A stretch of DNA of 64,000 nucleotides from Phoronis australis (Eukaryota > Animalia > Phoronida): contig NMRA01000316.1 of NCBI GenBank assembly GCA_002633005.1, positions 263,063-327,062 of the forward strand, given 5' to 3'. Both the position numbers and the translations under genes were made by a program. This document shows, piece after piece, positions 1-12,100 of this stretch (its first letter is position 1; every line of letters begins with the position of its first letter). The notes under the pieces are model-generated. The model did no database searches. It had not been told where the DNA came from and saw only the letters and a list, made by a program, of their open reading frames with translations.

Positions 1-2225
1 TTTTACACTTTTTGGAACACGGGCCTGGAAAGTGACACCGTGAGAACTCCATAGGATATAAGCGTTATTTCAGGCATCATTTTGTATGTGTTACCAAGCA
101 ATTCGGATTTGCAGAGAATAGCAGCATGGGTCATCGTTTTAAAATGTGGTCGGTTAGACCAAATTTACCGAGGTAGGACTGTTCTTGTGGAATCAATCGA
201 GAGTGCACACCTTGCATGTTTAGCCATGAGTACGATTCAGCCATGCATTTGTTATATACATAATAATCCCAGAATTTCCATAACAATTATTCCGACCAGA
301 GAAACACAGGTAAGCAAGGTCCGTCACGGTATCAGTACCCATTATCAACACTACAAAATGTATTAACGGGGATGCACGTTCAGGGCTCATAGCGAAATTT
401 TGCTTCCGGCACGCTCCCAATGCACTATCCCTTTTCAAAGTTTGTGACGGAAAATTTCGAAATACAGATTGAGTAAAGCTGTAATATTTAACATGAAAAT
501 GGTGCAAGAGAGTATTTTGGTATGTGCGTGTTTTTCTGTTTCTGATTATAAGAGACTCCCGCTGAGAATTCATATTTTCAACTCCCAAATTATGTCAGAA
601 TGAAAGTCTACACGCAACCGTATGCTCCTGTACTTTTTAGCCACGTAGGCACGGCGTGACAGGAATCCCCAAAAATAAAGTTCGCCAAAATTAACCGTTG
701 TATCCTTTACCAGTACGTGTGGCCACGTGTATGTTTCGAAAGAGTTTCCTAACCACATTCGAGTGGCTAGTTCAACAAGACCTACATTTAGAATAACGCC
801 CACCGCTTCGATACATGTACTTTGGACAAAAATTGTGCTTATGTTTTCTCATGACCAACAAACGTTATTGCCGAAATCGGTAGTACTAGCACTCTATCGA
901 CTAAGTTGTTGAACTATACAGCTGAGTTAAACTAATCCATACGCAGCATGTCAAGGCGAGTGTGTGTACTTACCGACAGAAATCCAAGCTAATTGATCAG
1001 CTTAACTGTCGAATATACTCCTAAAGCTTTCCAGCAACACTGAACTGAGGAACTGCAGGATGCTGTGAGACGCCTGCACGAACAAACTGTCAGCTACAAA
1101 TCCTATCTCCTATTGCGATATTCTGCTTTTCTGGAACGCGGGAATTCGACTGTTCCAGACAAATCCACATACATGTACATGTATATCGACAATACTCCCA
1201 CCACCAACTGAGACGGTTGATTTACAGCCGAAGAGGACACAGCGCGCTATCGTAAAACCAACGGAAGACTTCTTACAAAGCTGATAAATTCGTAACCACA
1301 ATTGAAAATTCAAACACTGAAAACATGCCGTCAGATTTCCAGAAGCTTATCACAGACTCTAAGTACAGTGACTATCGGTTTAGCCTTTGGCTAGTCGATC
1401 TATCGCAGCTGGTTTTGGTTCGAACCATTCTGGGGCGCGGGTATGTCAGTGAAAGAGAGATGATGTGCCACAGAGTTATTTGCTGATAATTTATCATCAT
1501 AACAAGACTTTTAGGTCAAACGGGCGTTGGTTGCCTGTTAACGAAATTGGTTGCAGAACACTTAAAATTTTATCGTTTTCACCGAAAAAATACATGTCGA
1601 ATTGACGTTATCCTAATACACCCTCAAAACAGCCCAAGAAAAAATCCAGTAAAGATTCGTTAACGTCGACATTTCGGAAATGGCGGATCAACCGCAGGTT
1701 TAGCGTTTCTACTCCACATGATGAAATCAGCAGTTGTGTCCAAAGAGTGGAAGTATTCCGTCTTGGTGCAAAATTCTACATAAACTTGTATTGTTTGAGT
1801 AAGAGGACATAATACAACATTAAGTTCGGCATCGATGTTCAGAGTTCATGTCAAAATTCGTGTGATCAACCACATATGTACCGAGGCTGGGCAGTTCGGG
1901 GTCATATATGATGACATATAGCGTTGACTGAATATTAAAGCGCATGAGAATTACTTTCACGGTCTCCCCATTACTTTACCCTCTCGAAAGCCGCTTATTC
2001 CACCCGCTTTGGTGGCTCCCAATTCCACACCCCCCCCCCCTTCCGCCCCTCCCTAATTCATATACGTCTTTCCCGTATAGTTCAATTGGATGCTTTGCTG
2101 CCTGAATTTTTCCTCATTTTTTCCGCATTTTTCTTATTTTTCGAGTAATGGCTCCCTGTCTCCAAGCACCTAATGCAACAACCCATGGTCGGTGCCCGAG
2201 AAACCACGGGTTGAACTCGACACAT

Positions 2226-2333
2226 CATGGGCGGCGCAACATAGCGGTCAGGGGGGAGCTATAGCACCCACTATTTTTAGTGTTTCGCCACAGGGCTATG
2301 GCCCCCACCTTTTTCAGTAGTGCGCCACCCATC
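2226..2333. mobile_element. Short hAT-like MITE (catgggcggcg family; second copy at 36489)
   Basis: Terminal inverted catgggcggcgca / tgcgccacccat. Internal gggctatagc-cccac-ttttcagt motifs are shared with 36489-36634. Confidence 0.55.
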
Positions 2334-2732
2334 AGCAGTTTGATAGCGTTGCAAAGTTGGGATCAACTCCCGTCATCCGATCGTGGACACAGACTTACTC
2401 TACATGTACCTGCACTAAACTCGTCTCTGCCGGCACCGTCCGCATATCCCACACTACGGAGATCGCTTGACCCTTAACTTCTGTTATAAATAAAGCCACA
2501 TAAAAATCATGATTATTCACCAATCTCGCCAGTGATAGTCAAAGCACGCTTGACCCCATTAACAAACAGAAGGTATCGCTACGCTGTTCAACACGAATAT
2601 AGATTTGCCATTTCGTAACGCGAGAAGATCGCGTAAACCGGCGCAAGATTTCGGGAAGTATCGCCAAGTATTACAAGCGATGCATTTGGTCCTAACCGGC
2701 CAACAGAGGGGCTACGTGATGCCTATCTTCGA

Positions 2733-3546
2733 GATTGTTCTGAAACCCCCTCGACCCCCACAACCCACAACCCCGTCGACCCAGTCTACACAAGCTCGAC
2801 TCGATCTGAACATAGAACAAAAGCGGACTTGTACAGCCTGTACAATGAGTTGGGCCGTGAGCTCGGCTGGCTTTCCCCTGCTTTTTGCAATTAAGGCAGT
2901 AGATTTGGCAAGTTTAAAAGCCAAAAACAGAAAAAAGCAACGCGACCATAAAATCAAACCAAAGACCTACCAATCTTACAAATGTCGTTCCCAGCAGAGT
3001 GCAATCGTCTCGTCTGCTCTTCAGTGAATTGCAGAGTTCGAGGAACCGACTAAACTGTACTTTCACCAGTATATACAGTTTGAAAAAAACTAACAGTTAG
3101 CTACAAACTATTTCAACATTATAAGGCGCATATTGTAAACGAGTATGAAATATAAAGCAAATAATAAAAATATGAAATTATGTACATTCACGTTAACGCA
3201 CTCTCTCCCTATGTTTATTAGAACTGTCGATAGCCGCTCGCCGTGGAACTATTTCCATGGCAACGATAGCGTGCTCACAATGCGCTATTCAAGACCACCG
3301 GCGTTCTCACGCCACTTTCTGTTTCCAATCACCGGACTTCAGCCAGAGCAGACTCGCACGAAGGTAGTGTCTTATGGGAAAGTCACTCAGTGACGTAATA
3401 AAATTATGCATCTGTAAAAAGCGCACAGATAAATCTATTGCCAAAGGTAGTGGGGTCGTGTGTCATGGGTCGTGGGTAGAAGGGGTCGTGCGTCGAGGGG
3501 GTCGTGGGTCGAGGGATGTGGGGGTCGAGGAGGTTTCAGTACAATC
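2733..3546. mobile_element. Non-autonomous TIR element (Mutator-like MITE)
   Basis: TIR gattgttctgaaaccccctcgacccccac / gtgggggtcgaggaggtttcagtacaatc with subterminal gggtcg repeats. Degenerate 9-10 bp flanks (cctatcttcg / ctttccttcg). Confidence 0.65.
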
Positions 3547-3685
3547 CTTTCCTTCGTGAGGTTCTTGAGTCTGCAGAACTCGAATTTACGAGCGCGAGAG
3601 CGGGAAGACCCGGAAGGCGGTTATATTATTGATAATGGATTTGCCGAGAAAACTATGAGACTTTCCTTGTCTGCGTTACCTGTGC

Positions 3686-3954
3686 CAGTGGCGGATCTAG
3701 GATATCATAAAGGGGGGAATAAAATTTTGTCTGGGAAAATTGAGCAAAGAACGATTAGATGCGCGCACGCAGCCTGAAAGACAGGCAGGCTCTCGCGTCT
3801 AAACCTTCTACACCGAGGACTAAAAAAAAAAAACGAAAACGGTTGCGCAAGCAGTAGGGGCNTACTTGTTGAACTCATAGTTTCCTTACACTCTTGCTGT
3901 TTTATTTTTTCCGCAGCCCAGGGGGCGGGCCCCCTACCCCTAAACCCGCCTATG
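3686..3954. mobile_element. hAT-type MITE, ggcggat family, 5-bp TSD
   Basis: cagtggcggatctagg ... cctaaacccgcctatg; flanks tgtgc/tgtgt. Confidence 0.65.
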
Positions 3955-5641
3955 TGTGTACGGCCTAAACATAGTCGACATGGCTTTAAATAAACAACGA
4001 ACCTACTGTTACCAAATATTAATTTGCTATCCTTCCTTTACGATAATCTTTGGTCGATTAATTATCCCCCAGTACCAGGTACAAGCTGTTTGATTCGGAA
4101 TATAATATAATCACAACGTCACTTCAACTGATAAATCGTCATTTCAGGAAAGTGTCACTTTTTCATGTACGTTTTTTTTAATCTGAAGTGCGGTACATGT
4201 ACGCATTCTCCGTTATTGCAAGACTGTAAGAACAACGATGATGACCATCATGCATACAATAGTTTACTTCTTGCGCCAGGAATGTCAAAAGTAGACGATT
4301 TTTTTGCGTCTAAGCCATGGCATAGAAATCGGTTTGTAAAGCGCGGGTACTTTAGACCTGCCTACGAATCAAAACAATAACTCCAAAAGATAGTTTATTT
4401 TGGTTCACCAGTTTCGTAACAACGTCACATGCAAACTACATATAAAGTCGGTCACCAATGCAATCGGCCGTGCTTTTGGAAGGAAGCACCAACGTATTTC
4501 TGTGACATAAATAAGCGGTTTTAAAATTACAGAGGCCGAACTATTTACGGTCCGGGTCGCGATACGCAGTTTATGACATGCAAAGAACGTGGTAATCAAA
4601 AGACCACATGACCACCCTAAACCTGTAAACAGCTTTGAAACAAATGCCATTTAACTGAAGGTTACACACACACGTATTGCATAAACTCGTCAAGTTATGG
4701 AATATTATTTTTGTACCGTAACCGTTGTGACTTACGCCAACAGTACTTGTCGTCTAGCGAACAAACGTCTTCCGTACAGAAGCCTTCCTTGGGTGTATAC
4801 ACAGAAAATGTCACAGCGACGTATATTGGAAGAAAGCAGAAATTCTTGGGATATCCTGCTCTATATCTTGACGTAACAGCATACGTTTGATCACTAGAAA
4901 ATTGTGAAGGCGATTTAGCGATTTAGTGAGTGTTAACGTTTGTTGTCCATTACAACTCTGCCCAAAGGTTTAACACGTACATGTACACTGGGCACAAATT
5001 GACAATGGGCTTACAAACGGAAATCTCCGGTACACACTGAACTTACCTTTGAAGCACTTTGAAAGCGCACAATTGGGGAAATAAATAATCATCACGTGCA
5101 CTTAAATATACATATGTGATCAATTACTAACAACATGATTCACATTAATCACAGCTCAAGTGTTGTGATTCCAGCAACTACTCACTACAAATAAACACGA
5201 AGACCAAAGGTCACGTGTGCATACGTGTACATATGTGATAATACCACCATGTGGAAGACTCCACTACATGTAACACAAAACATTTCTATTTAAGCACCAT
5301 CCAATAACAGTACTTAGTTACGGAGTAATCGAATGGCTGCAAAAGGAGAGGATTGCACCTTCCCGTAGCGCAAGTACTTCGGCCCGGCCATGAAGAACCC
5401 CTCAACACCAGAATTCGCGTGACACAACACCACTGTCAAAGCGAGTGCAACCAGGCTTGCGTTCGCAAATGCAAGAATCTCGCAAGTTAATGTGATTGCA
5501 GGCCTCGCTTGCAATGCAAGGCGATACCTCACGGAGTCTTTCGCACTCTTGCGTTGGCCCGCGAAATTCGCACATCTACAGAAAGCAACGCTGGTTTTCT
5601 CGTTTTGAATCACAGACGAGCAGACGATGACGCAGACACAA

Positions 5642-6172
5642 TCAATTCTTGGCGTCGCTATCGCTGTTGCCCCTTTTCTCCACGGTGGCCGAATGTTCCC
5701 TATTCGCGTTTCCGTTCTTCAGGTTTTCAACTATGCGATCCAACGTAGCGGAACTTCTGGGGCTCTTCAAGTGATCTCGATGAGCAAGAACAGATTTCGG
5801 CCGAGACGTGTCGATTTCTAACTCCCCGGGTGATGCGGATTCGCTCGATTTCATCTTTATCGCGTTCGCGTCATCATTCCCAGTGGATTCAGCGCTTTGG
5901 TTGACGCCGTTACTCCTCGACGTGATTGCGCTTGGAGTAGACTTTTCAGACTCGTTCACTTTGGACGACGCATCTGCATTCGATACGTCATCTTTGGATG
6001 AATTCGAGTTGCTAGACTTAGCCGCCGATTCAGACGCGGCAACTTGTTTGTTGACGTCGCTCGAGGCATGGCCATTTTGCTGCAATGAATCGTGCGTCGT
6101 TTTCAACCTCTTGTGTAGATTCTTTCTCACCGGAAGTTCATAGACTGTGTAGAAGAGTCGAAGGGGCACCCG
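5642..6172 (-). CDS. BMI1: BMI1 terminal coding exon (end of RAWUL, NLS-like motif, Ser/Asn-rich tail)
   Basis: Acceptor tttttcag|CGG; [24 protein letters not shown]...DSDAKN*, matching ORF 5642..6169. Confidence 0.92.
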   Translation of the reverse strand, partial: RVPLRLFYTVYELPVRKNLHKRLKTTHDSLQQNGHASSDVNKQVAASESAAKSSNSNSSKDDVSNADASSKVNESEKSTPSAITSRSNGVNQSAESTGNDDANAIKMKSSESASPGELEIDTSRPKSVLAHRDHLKSPRSSATLDRIVENLKNGNANREHSATVEKRGNSDSDAKN

Positions 6173-9100
6173 CTGAAAAATTAATTACATTTACAACATG
6201 CTTAAAATACATCGGGAAATCGGTGTAATAAACTCGATCTCACAATGAAGGTGGAAAGAGATGGCTCCTGCAAATTCAATATAAGCGTCATAGCGAGCAG
6301 ACGATAAACTCTCTATTTTCATAACTAAAAGAAACCATTTACCATTTCGAGCAAGAGAGGGTAACATGTTCCGGAGTGTTCGTATCAATGCTAATAACAA
6401 TGAATGAAAAGAGGAGTTCAGGTGACGGATATTACATCCCGATATTAATTACACTATGCAGACTTAGCGTATGAAGGAAAGTGAGGGTATTTCTGAGTCA
6501 GTATTAAATCAAGGAGTGTAGAAGTATAGGAGAGTAAACTTGCGAGTTCGCTGTTACCGCTACTACTAGCGCCGCCAAGTGGTGGATAAGCAAAGATCAA
6601 CCAGGAAGTGCCAAAAGAACGGGGAAAGGCGCATTTTGTAGTGCTATAAATTGCTCCAATTCTTCGAAGAAAAACCCTGAAATATCATTTTTTACGTTTC
6701 CCAACGACCTAGAAAGGTAAGGATTATTTGTTATTCAATAATGTGGCACACTGACTTTCATTTTGTATGTTCTGTTGGAAGACAAGTTGACTGCAGTCCC
6801 AGGGTCACAGTCGTCTGTGATGTAGGTTACTGCACACGCTACGCGGCAGATCTGCGTTCACGGTGTTATCGTTGACTTGTTTGGATATTTGCCGTCCAGG
6901 TATTCCAAATCAAAACTACAAACTGTAAATAGCCCGAACGGTGGCACTGATAATTTGAAAAAAACATACCCTTGTCCTGGCATGGCCAGGGGTCAATATG
7001 ACCAGTCAGACAAAACCACAGTCACATGAACCAATGATGTGCGGCTCGGCCCTAAAATATCCTTGGATCGACGTTTGGATGTTATTTTTTCTTTGACACC
7101 GATAACTTTCGTTTCTAAAACACAGGTACATTACAACAGGTCTATTGTGATGTATTGTAGGGTACCATCTTCTATGAGACTGGTGAGTTCCGCGAGTATG
7201 AGGAATGCTCCTGAGTTGTAAATGTCTGACGAGCGGACCTCATGAGTAAACATACTTGTCAAAGAATTGCAAGAACAAAAAACATGCTGCTATGGGATGT
7301 TCCAAATTCTCAAAAACTAAAGATTTCATATAGGTCTCCCCCCACACTACACCCCCCCCCCCCNCCCTCGTCCAACATCAACTCCGAGTATGTAGTCTGG
7401 CTCCACCGGAAACATCTGGGGTTGAACCTCCGGACTCCTATGTACCCCTCCCTGGGAGGGGATCAATACCCATGAGGCGCCCACCTGGTTTTTACCTGGT
7501 TTGCAGTGTTTCCTTGGACCCCTTTGCTGGCACCTGAGGGCAACTCCCCCTGAACCCCCAGGAGCAATCACTAAAATTAGGTAGTCCATGGAGGTATGAA
7601 ATGTTATAAGGAATGATAATTTGCCTTAGTAAGAACTCAAACATAAAACAAAGCCGTGATGGCTTTTGAAAGGAGCTTCAGAGAATAAAAACAAATACAC
7701 TTTAATATTGATTAAAACACACATTTTCGTTTTCATTCGATTATAAATGGGTGTCAGGTTGCGTATTTCAATCCTTTTCAATCACACAGTAATTTCACTG
7801 CACGTCCAACGTTATAAAAAAATATGAATTTATAAGTGTTTACATTGTTCGGACTGCGCTGCTAAGTTAGTGTTGCTTATTCACCGCTTGGGGCGCTAGT
7901 GTTTCGACTGGTAACCTTTGCGGCGAATGGCAAAATGACGGAGTGAGCTCTCTCATAATTCTACACTCCTTGATCAAATTCTCTGGTAACGCCATTGCGC
8001 GGGACCATTAGTCACGATTGGTCCGAGGGTACAGGTACACAAGTGCATTAGGTGACACAGCACTAAGTCAGATCCGTCCAAAAGCCGTCGCTCTATGTCG
8101 TTAGCTTCATGTGAACATATCCATCACATTCCACGAGGAAACTACAACAAAGCTTAAAAGGCACACAGCACTGGACGCCGGTCAAAAGAAGCCGGACGTT
8201 TGGACACAAATGAAGACAATACATATATGCGACTTAGAGTCCAAATTGCTCTCCATGTACAGTTGTTTACGTACCATGTGCACCTACGTCTACGTTTTCT
8301 AAACAACATTTTTGGTCAAGAGCACATAGACGTAAGACATTAAATTCTTCAAACATAAGCGAATGGTAATAGATGAGCAGGTATTGGTATTGCCAAAACA
8401 ACAACAGTAGTCTATACTCAAGAGAACCTGACAACTATATACGAGCTTGGCAGCAGAACTGTACACATGCAGCCAATATTGAAACTACAACGTCAAGCTG
8501 TAATTGTCGACAACACATTGATAAAGGCGATACAAGCTGCAATTGTCAACAATAGGTTGATAAAGGCGATACATCAAGTTGCAATTGTCAACAATAAGTT
8601 GATGAAGGCAATACAGGCGCAACAAAGCCTGGCATTCGACAAAAGGGCCTAGAAAAGAGCTAACTACTCTGAATAATGTTATTTGAACAAAACAGGAACA
8701 TTTGCGGCGATTAGTGATTGGTCTAAACGGACAAATCTGAACTAAACACACATACAGTCCACAGTTGAAATATGTATACTTTCATACACAATATGCTTGA
8801 CCCGCGCGCCAATATTGTTGCTTTGGTCACAGACATTAATTTTGATCGGCTGCTCTGCAGTGTCCTTGAGTCAGAATCTGCCGGAATGTAACCGAAATTA
8901 TTCAAAACGAGGCGTGAGTTAGACTCATGTTACTAGCATCATTGGTCCCATTTAAGCAATCATAATGCATCAACGAATTTTTTGTATGCACCAGGCACAG
9001 TCGTAAAATTATTTATCAAACATGGAAGCTGTCATTGTTGTTTAATCCATGTCAATTTGGTTAGAAAACTGTCACATGACGTAAGCGTGATACCAACCCT

Positions 9101-12100
9101 TCTCCAACTATAGATGTATGCAATGTCCATGAGGGTATAGGTGTCGGACAGAGCCTCGTCTGTGTGGAAGATAACGATCTGGAAAATAATGGTCAGCAAT
9201 TAGACAGGGAGGTATATGTGACCACATCAATTCAGTGACCTTACAGTACCTTAGAAAGGCAGTCATTAGAAAATTTGCGGCAACAGGAAATCGGGAAAAT
9301 TTATAAACGCCGAGAATCCCAAGTCAAAGTAGACAGTGTTGAGGAGGATTGCGCGAGCATACCGGAAGCACCAAGTTAGTGGCACTATTATACTGAGATT
9401 TCGTATTGATATCAAAGGCAACCCTTGTCTTGATGTTGCATTGGAAGTGATTCAAGTTTTGAAATAAGGCAGTTAGCATTAGGTTTCCCTGATTGTATTA
9501 CATGTATGTTGGAGGTGACATGTAATTTTAGTTACTCAGATGTCTGGGCCTCCGAAATGACGCAACTCTTTACGATAATGTTACATGTAGCAACCTAGCA
9601 CAATGCAAAAATTTGACCAACTTCGGAACACAGTGTCAGAGATGGAGGATCAGATTCTTCATAAACTTAAAATGGTTTTCAAAATGTATCATTTAGCATT
9701 AGGGGCTATAAAAATAAGCGTTTAGGAGTTTCACGAAAAAGATCTCGGAAGTTGCATAAAATGAAAATAAAATAATTTTAAAAACTACAACAGATTTTTT
9801 TAAGATTTCATCTTGACATTTATATAAAACTGGTCCTGATGCTGATACCGTTGTCTTGCTATCCATGAACATTTACTTGCCAAATATTGCTAAAAAGACA
9901 TGGTCACGTGACCCAATTAATGGCCGATTAATAAAAAGCACAGAATATAATTCTACAGTCTTTCTTCTTTCAGAAAACAAGCATTTAGGGAGTTAAAATC
10001 TGCGGTTTTGTTTATATTTGGCTAAGTGCTTGAGGATAATGTCCTACACAACCTGAAGCCCGGATGTCAAAGTGTCTACCTGGTACTTGGGTTCCAACTC
10101 AAACTTCATTCTTAAGAACTTCTTAAGATTGGCCACGGTAAATGCTGCCGGACACAGAAGATAGCGCTTGTCAGGAGTCTGCAAATAGTGGCAACGCGAT
10201 ACTGTGTTAAACAAAGTGAGGGAGTCATTGTGTCAAAAGGTGTCGCTCAGTGTAAGCTGAGAGGACTGCGCTTAATGTCTTATGGTTTGCGGTTTACCAA
10301 ACGGCATAACCGCACTGAAGCACAGTGATCAAGTAGACGCAAACAAGCAACGAACGAAGGGGTTACATCTAAATGTTCATAAAGAGATTCACATGGACTG
10401 CTTTAATTACTGAAAAAGTAGCCCTCATAGAACAAACGAGTACGAAAAAGTGGCAGATCTATGTTTTCATTAAGGGGGGGTTTAGGATTCGAGCGAATCC
10501 GAAGCGCGTAGCGCCGAGCGGAAGGAAGGTCGGCAGGGGGTTTCCCTCCTCCCGTGTAAGAATTTTTGTAGTTTTTAGTAGCGGATTTAGTTTTTTCTGG
10601 CGAATTTTTTTTTTTCAATTTTTATTTTTGATCCTGTCCCGAGCGGGGTTAAACCCCTGCCCCCCTGTAGATCCGCCTCTGCCGGTAATTTCCAGTGGGC
10701 GGGATAAGTACCAGGAATTGTTTCACAAAACAAGGTACGTTATTTGGCAAACCAGGACCAATGGGAGTAGGATTTGAACAGTTGAAGGACAACCATCTTC
10801 CAGTAACATAATTCACACTGTGTTAAGGACAGCACTACCTAAACCACGGTGATGTCTGAAGCAACGATAATTGGGGCTTCAAAAATTAACCTCTCCGAGA
10901 GCAGGTTAAAATCCTAGCAAACTTTCAACAGCAGGGACTGTTTTTATCAAGGTCATACGCCTGTTCGTGGCTATGGCGGTCGTAGACACCAAATAGCGGA
11001 GACAAGCTGTATTTTCTACAAGATCAAAACATTGTAACTGACCTAAACGTGACCGTAGTTTATATTCACATCTAACGTTCAATTTCACGAACCACTTTCA
11101 AGAACGGATCGTCAACAAAATTTAAGATACGATCGTCTTCGCTAAGCCAGACGTTGCACTTTTGATAAACGACGGGGTCCAGCTTTTCTCCCATAATTTT
11201 CTAGAAAATAAATGGGGTCTCATCCTGTCTCATAGATGGCAAAATGTTTTACATCCATGACAAAAGGAGTGAAAATCACAGCAAAGTTATACAGTCGTAG
11301 TTATCTCGAAATTTCAACGATGCTGGCCGGTCGTTGCCAGAGGGTGTAACGGATGCGAACGCATCCTCTACAGCTGAGGGTCAGCCCAGCGGCAGCTGAG
11401 GTTCGCTTCACCTTAAGCATTTCTCTCTTATTGTTTGCAGTGCCCAGTTATGATGCAAATCGCGGGGCGTAACGGTGTGGAACGTGCATGGCGAAACGAA
11501 TGGCGAATTAGTGTGGAAGAAATCGGGTTGACGATTGAGGGACGGAGATGAAATTCTTGACGACCAGGGGTAGTGACCAAAAGACCAAAGGACAAGGTAT
11601 TACTTATCACAAATTCCCTATCTCTTTTCAAAAGCATGCGTACAGCGAGTCGTTGTACGCTATCAGCCCAAGTGATCTCAGATAATTTGTCTACCGTTTT
11701 CCGTGGTTGTAAATTAAATAAATTAAAGCCAAGAATTCAGAAATCTAATACTTTACCTCGTCTTCATTTTTCACTTTGCTGTCATCACCCGTTGACGAGG
11801 CCAATCGTTTCCCTTTGTCCTTTGGTTGACCACTGTAAAGAACAAAGGGGTTAAGTTTCATCAACCAATTAGCTAAAACTACTCATGTCTTCTCATTCAA
11901 TACGCTCTCTACCTAAGCCTCTTTGCCTCTTTCCGCCTCCCCTCCCCCTCCCTATCGATTTCTCTTCATACCACATTTGATTTTGAACTAGAAAGGTACC
12001 TAATTTTCCAAAGTAGACCTGATTGAGTTACTAGCTAGTTGTTCAAGTTTCGTGGACGCACAAACACACGATGAAATAAACCAGTAAACATGTTACAGAT

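Noticed and set aside
2605-3777. ORFs of 105-140 aa
   Set aside because: They run across MITE TIRs and G/C-rich repeats and contain no transposase motifs.
5808-6143. 111-aa plus-strand ORF
   Set aside because: It is the antisense shadow of the BMI1 terminal exon.
8494-8613. Repeat array considered as CRISPR-like
   Set aside because: Units are head-to-tail with no unique spacers, there are no cas genes and the context is eukaryotic.
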